Origin: Paraspadella gotoi
Taxonomy: Eukaryota > Animalia > Chaetognatha
Direction of reading: 5' to 3'
Length of the DNA: 64,000 bases
Assembly (NCBI GenBank): GCA_051294375.1
Contig: CM119268.1
Span: 1,105,218 to 1,169,217 of the forward strand
Within the stretch, counting starts at the first letter, position 1. Each line of letters begins with the position of its first letter. The notes under the pieces are model-generated. The model worked only from the letters and a program-made list of their open reading frames with translations, was not told the origin of the DNA and made no database searches. The position numbers were made by a program, and so were the translations under genes. Shown here piece by piece: positions 56,089-64,000 of this stretch.

Positions 56089-56777
56089 TTTTTAGTAGTT
56101 CTCGCTGAGCAACTTATAAGGTCTGTCTGTCTGTCTTTCTGTCTGTCCGTCCGTCCGTCCTACTTACGTTTTAAATGCTCATAATTCGGCTAATAATTCA
56201 TCAATCATCAATAAGTTCATCGTGGTAAGTTAAGACATCATGAGACCTTTAATGTGCTTATGCATCGTACTTGTGCAGTCGGGTGATCACTTAAAAAATC
56301 GATTATATGGTCCAAATTCATAAAACAATTCATAAAATACTTAGGCATTTTAGTTAATATGCGTTTTATTTCGAATTCAACAAGGTTGATTCAGTACATA
56401 CAGGAGCATCAAAACAAAGCTAAGTCTAAAGACAAAACAAAGTTAAAGATTGCGTGAAAACCACCACCACAGACAAAAAAGGTCCAAATTATCAATTAAT
56501 ATATTTCAATCATTAAAGAATGCGATTATTTTTTTGAGAACTAAATTTTTCGAACTATAGATAAGCACTTAGCATACTGCTAAGTGCTTTATATGCATAT
56601 GTTTCATAATTTTATGATTACGTAACCATCCAGAAACTAAGGACGCGTGATCGGAAAATAACTGAAGTATATTTTTGATTTATTACTTAAAAGAGAAGAA
56701 ATAAACCGTAAGATTCTTGTTGTGCATAAAAAGAAAGTCACTGCGTTGCAATACTTTAAACATGCCCTTTCTTGTTT
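56089..56777 (+). mobile_element. DINE-1/HINE-like element, copy B (longer, with internal cargo)
   Basis: (GTCT)n(GTCC)n followed by CTTACGTTTTAAATGCTCATAA as in copy A; 3' end AAAGTCACTGCGTTGCAATAC...CTTGTTT. Confidence 0.55.
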
Positions 56778-56795
56778 CCTAATAAAAAAAAGGTA

Positions 56796-56966
56796 AAGTA
56801 GTAATCAAAGTAGTAATCAAAGTAGTAATCAAAGAGGTAATCAAAGTAGTAAACAAAGTAGTAATCAATGTAGTAATCAAAGTAGTAATCAAAGTAGTAA
56901 TCAAAGTAGTAATCAAAGTAGTAATCAAAGTAGTAATCAAAGAAGAAATCAAAGAAGAAATCAAAG
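56796..56966 (+). repeat. 12-bp tandem repeat AAAGTAGTAATC x14
   Basis: Direct observation. Confidence 0.95.
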
Positions 56967-57230
56967 CGCTTCCGAGTGAAGATAAATGGAACCCTACCCA
57001 AAAAAAATTTCAAAAAGGTTTTTATTTCTTTTTATTGACCGTTTGTGTCGCCTCGGGAATAAGACGATCGTAAATCTCGAATCAGAAAAATCTAATTGAA
57101 CCCCAAAGCCCGCGAGGCCTACCGGCTGCCGCCGCGGCATGGTTGCTACAGAAATAAAAAGAGAAAAAAAAGAGAATTTTTTTCTGAAAAAAAAAAAAAA
57201 TCTGAAAAAAAAAAAAAAATTCTAATTCCT

Positions 57231-57300
<70 letters not shown>

Positions 57301-57304
57301 GCAG

Positions 57305-57460
57305 GTAAAATCGAACTTCAAAGAGTTCTTGCAAGCGATCAAACATTAACTTCCAACGGAAAGCCAGAACAGGGAAATCTGTCGTGGGCTTTCAAGATGT
57401 ACGACATTGACGTGGCGAACGGAAACGATAGACCAAGCAGGAATGCTCAGGATTATACAG
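57305..57460 (+). pseudogene. Frameshifted second copy of ncs-2 exon 3 (probably uncorrected long-read sequence)
   Basis: Near-identical to 63245-63390 with many 1-2 nt insertions; flanks 57230-58270 also match 63206-63985. Confidence 0.7.
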
Positions 57461-57942
57461 GTGAGAAGCGTGGGACATTGAGGTTGTGGAAAGGGGTGCG
57501 CTAGACAAGCAGTCTGATAGACAAGCAGGAAATGCTTCAGGATTATACACGTGTGAGAAGCGGAACATTGAGGCTGTGGAAAAGGCGTCCGCTTAGACAA
57601 GCAGTACTGATAGACCAAGCAGGAAATGCTCAGGATTATACAGGTGAGAAGCGGACATGAGGCTGTGGAAAGGGTCCGCATAGACAAGCAGTCGATATTA
57701 CAAGCAGGAAATGCTCAGGATATAACAGGTGAGAAGGCGACATTGAGGCTGTGGAAAGGTGTCTGCAAGACAGAGTCCGAAGACAAGCAGGAAAAATGCT
57801 CAGGGATTATACAGCCCGTGAAGAAGCGGACATGAAGGCTGTGGAAAAGGCGTCTGCAAGACAAGCAGTCCGATAGACAAGCAGAAACTGCTTCAGGATT
57901 TACAGGTGAAGAAGCGGACCATGAGGCCGTGAAAAGGGTCAA
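57427..57942 (+). repeat. Noisy copy of the 84-bp donor minisatellite (about 6 units)
   Basis: Six degenerate ATTATACAG-GTGAGAAG motifs near 57461, 57551, 57644, 57729, 57818, 57906. Confidence 0.85.
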
Positions 57943-58429
57943 CCGTTTTACGGTAGAGGAGCTCGGGTGTCTTGGGTTACATCCCTTTATACACAATACA
58001 GTAAATACATTAATACAGTTTTTATAAACTTTTTTTCTGGGCGTATTTGAAATGAAAATTTGGCACGAAAGATATGAAAACTATCCATTCATTCAATATA
58101 TAGGTTCTCTTTCCTGACTTTAGACAAGATACATAGCAGAACCCTTGGCAAGTTTCAATCACGACTCTTTCCCATTTCTGGTTATACCTCATTATGCTAT
58201 TCCTATGCGTATAATTTTATAAAAGAAATATTTCCAGTTGTATAAAAAGAACTCGCCATTTCTTAATATATGCGATTATTTATTCGGAATACAACGATGG
58301 TTGATTCAGTTACAATCATTCATCAACAAACAAACAAACAAAAGACAGACTAAGTCTAAGCAAAAAACATAAAAAGAGAGAAAAAAAAACAGTTAATTAA
58401 ATAAAATTAATTAAATCTAAATTTTAAAC

Positions 58430-60150
58430 AATTTAAAAATTGTTATGTTTAGTAAAAAATGGAAACAAGTTTTCTGAGAACAGTATTTTTCATTGTATAT
58501 ATCTTGAGATAAAGGTTTCTTACGATATAAAAATTGTAGATAGCGTCGTTGGTATCCAAAAAATACTCCTAAGTGTCTCTCACACTTTCCATCGATTATA
58601 TCCAAAAAATCTTTCGTTTTACAACCATCATTTACTAGCAACATTAAGTCTATTCAGATTACGCCTACAGAAAAAGTTTTTACTCACAACCATAAAGGAA
58701 ACCGCGAACACAGTTAGTATAATACAATTTCATCAATAATTCCTTTGAAGGTCTTAAAAGGCATTATCAAACAGATTCTATGATCTAAAAAAAAGGATAC
58801 CAATTCTTTGCTTGGCTCAAACAAGCTGGTCTCTTTCACTACTAGGTTGAACCCTAGGATATGTCCATTTATCAACTAGATCGATACGTTACCATTCGAG
58901 GAAAAAGTATATCATTTGGAATTGTAAGTTTGCCACTTCCCAAAATACATGACTTTCGTTTTTTTTGAAACTAAAGTAAAACAAAATCCTTTCATATTTT
59001 GCAAAAATGTCAATTAGACTTGCATACCTCTTATCGTTGGTGAAAAGTAATGCTATATCATCTGCATTAAAATATGCATGCTACAAAAATATGTCCTATG
59101 TAACAACCATAACCTGATTTTTTTTAGTTCCAAAATTAAATCGTCACATATACTAGCCATAAGTAAGGACTGAGGACTCCTCCTTGGCGTACGCCAGAAG
59201 ACACTACAAATGAATCACTAATGTACTTGTCCATCTACATTTACTTTTTACAGGTTGCTATAACCAGTATACCAGATTTTTAAGAAACAATTAATGGGCA
59301 CTCCACGATCTATAAGCTTAGTAAAAAAGACCATAATGATTCACTTTGTCAAAACCCTTGCCTAGCAATCCATAATGTACTGTAAACACCCGAACTATGA
59401 ACATGAAAATAATCTATCAGGTTCGTAGAGTGAACATTGCCATGAGAAGTAGAATTAGATTTCTTATAACCAAATTGCAAGTCATCTGAAAAAAGATAAT
59501 GCCCAAATTTTAACAAGGAAGACAGTGCTCAAACAATTGACTAAAAACTGATGACAGAGTTATTCCTCGGTAATTAGAGACCGGTACAAAGATCCACCAC
59601 TTGTATCTTTCACTATTTGGAATAATTTAGTCCATGCTAAAAATCTGAAACAAACATAGCGTGTTGAATAAAACTGTTAAATAACATGTGGAATAATTGA
59701 ATTAATAATTTAAGCACGCATGAATCAAATGTTCTGGATGTAATAAAAGAGGCGGGGTTAGATTTACCTGCTTTTAACTTACAAAAAAGCTGTTAGAAAC
59801 TCTCCCATGAAATCAAGTATGGTTAATAGATGTCTCTGCTAAAGATGACAAGTAAGCTTTATTATTTTCACCAAAATTGATTTTCAGTCGTTCGTTACTT
59901 TCAGCATTAAAATCATCATACACTGATTTGTAATTCAAAGCAAAGTGATTAGCAATTGTATTGTCATCAAATAACCCATCAATCATATTTAATATCCGTT
60001 GTTTTTACCCTGCATTTTACGCATGAGTTCCAAAACCCTACACAATCTTTAATTCATTAAATTCGAATAATTTTTTCCAGAGTTACATTTGACTCTTCTT
60101 TGTTTTATCTTGACAATTAATTTTAATGTAATCTGTAGACATTATGTTAA
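58430..60150 (-). mobile_element. Decayed non-LTR retrotransposon (LINE) reverse transcriptase fragment, CR1/L2-group-like
   Basis: Minus-strand motifs in the correct order: NYRGITLSSVFSQLFEHC (about 59525-59578), DDLQFGYKK (about 59460-59490), K.FDKVNH (about 59340-59360), SGVRQGGVLSPY (about 59163-59198), ADDIAL (about 59048-59066), a TY/LG-like motif (about 58852-58868); many frameshifts; boundaries approximate. Confidence 0.85.
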
Positions 60151-60499
60151 GTTTCTCCTTTTCGGTTTGCGTGTTTCGGAATTTAGAAAAACAGTTTTTA
60201 GTGACAAACAAACGGATTTTTATTAGAAGAATAAAAAAAAAAAACGCTGATGACGACTCGCAAAACAAAAGTTAGAAACATGTCGACTTTCTGTCAAATA
60301 AAAATCGTTTGTTTGTCACAAAAAACTGTTTTTTACTAAAAATTAATCTGTCAATTAATCAATCAATAATCAATCAACATGACGGTGAACAGAAAATTCA
60401 AGATCCCTCGTCCCAGTCAAGCGAAAAGAGGTCACCGGCGCCAAAGTCGATTGGGCGATGAATGTTGATGGGATCCGAAAATTGCTTTTTTTCTATTTT

Positions 60500-60890
60500 T
60501 CCTCTCCCATCTTTCAATTTCTGCTTCCCATCTTTGCAATTTCCACTTCCCATCTTTGCGATTTCCCCTTCCCATCTTTGTGATTTCCGATTCCCATTCT
60601 TTTTCAATTTCTGCTTCCATCTTTGCAATTTTCATCTCCATCTTTGCAATTTCTGATCCCATCTTTTTTATTTTCGCTTCCCATCATTGTGTTTTCGCTT
60701 CCCGTTCTTTTTGTATTACCTTTCCCATCTTTTTGATATCCCGCTTCCATATTTTCGATTTCTACTGCCCAAGTGCCTATCTTTTCGAATTTTTCGCTTT
60801 CCCGATTTCGCGTTCCTTCTTTGCCATCTTCGCCATTTCCATCTTCGCCATTTCCGCATTTCCGTTCATCTTCGCCATTTCGCTTCCGCT
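60500..60890 (+). repeat. Degenerate repeat with TTCC(C)ATCTTTGCAATT core
   Basis: Recurring CCCATCTTT/GCCATTTC motifs. Confidence 0.7.
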
Positions 60891-61085
60891 ATCTCGTTAC
60901 GCAATCGATTCCGAGTCATTTTATATCCCAGCCGTTTTTTCAATTTAACACGATTACTCACCGATCTCCCGTTGAGTTCCTCTCCATCTCGTAACTTTTT
61001 GAAAACAGAGAGGAGAGAGGAATCTCCAACTCGTCAGTTGAAAGCTTAACGCAGGCCGAACTCATATTGTGCTTTTGGCATTTTA

Positions 61086-61260
61086 TTTTTGGTTGCGCGG
61101 GCGAGTACTCGCTAGTAGAATGCAATGAGTGTCAATTTTCCAGTCTGTCGTCGGTCGGCATGTCTGTAAATGTAAATGTTCAATTGAAAATTGTAAAAGT
61201 AAATAGACGTGAAATGAAAGTTGCTGGCGCGCAACACGTTAGGTGGACCATCTTGTTTTT
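61086..61260 (+). mobile_element. DINE-1/HINE-like element, copy C (short)
   Basis: TTTTTGGTTGCGCGGGCGAGTACTCGC start; GTCTGTCGTCGGTCGG; subterminal inverted repeat GTTGCGCG (61092-61099)/CGCGCAAC (61228-61235); end GGTGGACCATCTTGTTTTT. Confidence 0.6.
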
Positions 61261-61886
61261 GGATATTCAAAAAAACATTGGGTCACAACCTTTGGATGGG
61301 TTAATCCTCATTCAAATCGATTCGAATAACTTCTGGGACATCGAGGGGTTTTTTTTTTTTTTAATTTACCTCGGAATTAGTGTAGATTATTAAAATTAAA
61401 ATAAACTGGCGATGAATGGTGTATGGCAGTCTGCAGGTGTTGTAAAAATCTAGCTAAAAGTTAAGCACCAAGGATGCTCTGAATCAATTCGAAATGGCGA
61501 TAATGAAAACCTTAAAATTTAAGCTTCCGACCGTTTGAGAGGTTTAAGCCATAGCGGCAACATCCCCGCTTTACCGGCCCCCCCAGACCCTTCCACAAAA
61601 CTCACCCCCCGAGGAGCTTTAATCAGCGTTAGCCGCCCCCGCGCCCCCTGCCCCTCGCCCTCTCTTTACAGGCTATTACACATTGATCGGTCAGCCCGCG
61701 GAAGTGAACGGACACGCCGGAAAACGCACGCCAAAAAATCTCACGCGCATGGACGAAAATGGAACGGTGTCCTCACGCGGAGAGGAGTCGTCAAGGGGTG
61801 CATGCAGTTGTTATTTAAACGTGTGGGGGGGAAGAGATGGTTGTGGGCAAATGCTTGTATTAAGAGAGATCCCAAGTTAATTCCCG

Positions 61887-62437
61887 CTCTTCTCCGGACC
61901 CACCAATCGCCTTACACTGAGAAAGCTTGTATAGAGAGACTCTCGAGGTTAAATAGCTCTTCTCTCGGAAGCGCACCAACACCTAAACAGAAAAATCCTT
62001 GTATAAGAGACCTGAGTAAATAGTCTCTTCTCTGGAGCCACCAATCACCTAAACAAAGAAAAGCTTGTATAGAGAGCCTCGAGGTAAAAGCTCTTTCCTG
62101 GGCCCCACCAATCGCTACAGAAAAAGCTTGTTAGAAGACCTCCAGGTTTAAATAGCTCTTCTCTCGGACCCACCAATCACCCTAAACAAAAAAGCTTGTA
62201 TAGATGAGACTCGAGGTTAAATAGCCTCTTCTCTGGACCCACCCAATCACCTAAACATAAAAAGCTGATAAGAGACCCGAGGTTAAATAGCTCTTCTCCG
62301 GACCACCAATCGCCTAAACAGAATAAACTTGGTATAGAGAGACCCAGGGGTTAAATAGTCTCTCCGACCACAATCGCCTCTAAACGAGAAAAAGCTTGTA
62401 TAGAGAGACCTCGAGCGTTAAATAGCTCTTCTCCCCG
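61887..62437 (+). repeat. About 67-bp minisatellite (about 8 units)
   Basis: CTCTTCTCCGGACCCACCAATCGCCTAAACAGAAAAAGCTTGTATAGAGAGACCTCGAGGTTAAATAG recurs with indel noise. Confidence 0.9.
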
Positions 62438-63205
62438 ACACACACGCAACTATTCGAACACATTTCACTACACGCGGGTGCAAAGTAGAATTCCGGTAGA
62501 AGAATAATCCTTCTCCCAGATGAAAACTGCTATATCAAAATGCTTACAGCGACAAGCAAGCCTATGCAATGAGATGCAGAGACATGGGACGATTTTAAAA
62601 CCATTTCCAGAAATCCATAGAATAAACTTCAATAAAAATAAATCGTATAAATCTACTCATCGCTCAGGATTTCGTATCTTCAATAAATGGCGTAGTTAAA
62701 AAAAAAATTACATTATACATTCGATCTTTTGTTAGGACGATTAAGAATTTATTATGAAAAAAAAACATAAGAATTCACTCAAAGACAACAAACCTTGCGA
62801 ATCGAAAGATTATATAATCAGCGTACTAAAACGATCTGACTATCCCAGTCAGTGTAATTGTATATGAATCAGAAACTTGAATATTTTCTTAACCGTATGT
62901 ATCCTTTTCCCTTTTTTTAAATTAACAAAACGATTAAGAAAATATATCATATGCCAGGTGCATCGCTAAAAATATGACGACTCAGATTACATTTGTTGTT
63001 ATTTTATTTAGTAGAGATTTATTGCTACGAGTTTGTTTTTTTTTTTTTTTTTTTTTACTTTTCGTTTTTATGGATCTTTCGAAAAAAACTACACAAAACA
63101 TAAACAAAATGACCAAATAAAAAAAACGTTATTGGACCTTAATCGACGAGAAAAACTCGAAGCAAAAATTCCTCTCTTTTNNNNNNNNNNNNNNNNNNNN
63201 NNNNN

Positions 63206-63240
<35 letters not shown>

Positions 63241-63244
63241 GCAG

Positions 63245-63390
63245 GTAAAATCGACTTCAAAGAGTTCTTGCAAGCGATCAACATAACTTCCAACGGAAAG
63301 CCAGAACAGAAATTGTCGTGGGCTTTCAAGATGTACGACATTGACGGGAACGGAACGATAGACAAGCAGGAAATGCTCAGGATTATACAG
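63245..63390 (+). CDS. ncs-2: NCS-2-like, coding exon 3 (end of EF2, EF3); gene continues beyond the window
   Basis: (TC)n tract + CGCGCAG| acceptor, phase 1 matches exon 2; translates (G)[48 protein letters not shown]; canonical loops DTDNSGKIDFKE and [12 protein letters not shown]; donor CAG|GTGAGA at 63391. Confidence 0.95.
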
Positions 63391-63677
63391 GTGAGAAGCG
63401 GACATGAGGTTGTGGAAAGGGTGCGCTAGACAAGCAGTCTGATAGACAAGCAGGAAATGCTCAGGATTATACAGGTGAGAAGCGGACATGAGGCTGTGGA
63501 AAGGGTCCGCTAGACAAGCAGTCTGATAGACAAGCAGGAAATGCTCAGGATTATACAGGTGAGAAGCGGACATGAGGCTGTGGAAAGGGTCTGCAAGACA
63601 AGCAGTCCGATAGACAAGCAGGAAATGCTCAGGATTATACAGGTGAGAAGCGGACATGAGGCCGTGAAAAGGGTCCG
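63358..63677 (+). repeat. 84-bp minisatellite spanning the exon 3 end and splice donor (about 3.8 units)
   Basis: ATAGACAAGCAGGAAATGCTCAGGATTATACAG|GTGAGAAGCGGACATGAGG begins at 63358, 63442, 63526, 63610. Confidence 0.95.
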
Positions 63678-64000
63678 TTTTTAGGTAGAGGAGCTCGGGT
63701 GTCTTGGTTACATCCCTTTATACACAATACAGTAATACATAATACAGTTATAACTTTTTTTCTGGCGTATGAAATGAAATTGGCACGAAAGATATGAAAA
63801 CTATCCATTCATTCAATATATAGGTTCTCTTTCCTGACTTTAGACAAGATAACATAGCAGAACCCTGCAAGTTTTCAATCACGACTCTTTCCCATTCTGG
63901 TTTATTACCTCATTATGCTATTCTATGGTATAATTTTATATAAAGAAATATTTCAGTTGTATAAAAGAATCGCATTCTTAATATCTTTGACAATAATTTT

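Noticed and set aside
61887-62437. Regularly spaced repeats as a CRISPR array
   Set aside because: Whole units repeat with no unique spacers, no cas genes, eukaryotic context; this is an ordinary minisatellite. The same applies to 3543-4074 and 63358-63677.
63139-63657. Minus-strand 172-aa repeat ORF
   Set aside because: Antisense shadow of exon 3 and the 84-bp repeat.

Overview
Eukaryotic (animal-like) draft-assembly window, AT-rich and packed with microsatellites, minisatellites and N-gaps; no prokaryotic features, and almost all ORFs in the supplied track are low-complexity artefacts. The one clear protein-coding gene is a spliced neuronal calcium sensor of the invertebrate NCS-2 type on the + strand: exon 1 44793-44906, exon 2 45452-45578, exon 3 63245-63390, giving 129 aa; the rest lies beyond the window. 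An indel-riddled second copy of exon 3 sits at 57305-57460. Mobile DNA includes an internally deleted Tc1-like element with TIRs and TA flanks (4399-5329), a decayed non-LTR reverse transcriptase (about 58430-60150, - strand), a DINE-1/HINE-like non-autonomous family (4 copies) and tRNA-derived SINE-like heads. The most unusual signal is that two of the three visible ncs-2 exons are followed by minisatellites built from the exon 3' end plus the 5' splice donor (32 bp and 84 bp units), creating arrays of competing donor sites. Much of 11.5-41 kb, 52-53.5 kb and 57-63 kb consists of indel-rich direct or inverted copies of neighbouring sequence bounded by exact 25-N gaps. This looks like gap-filling with uncorrected long reads, so duplications there should be treated as probable assembly artefacts.
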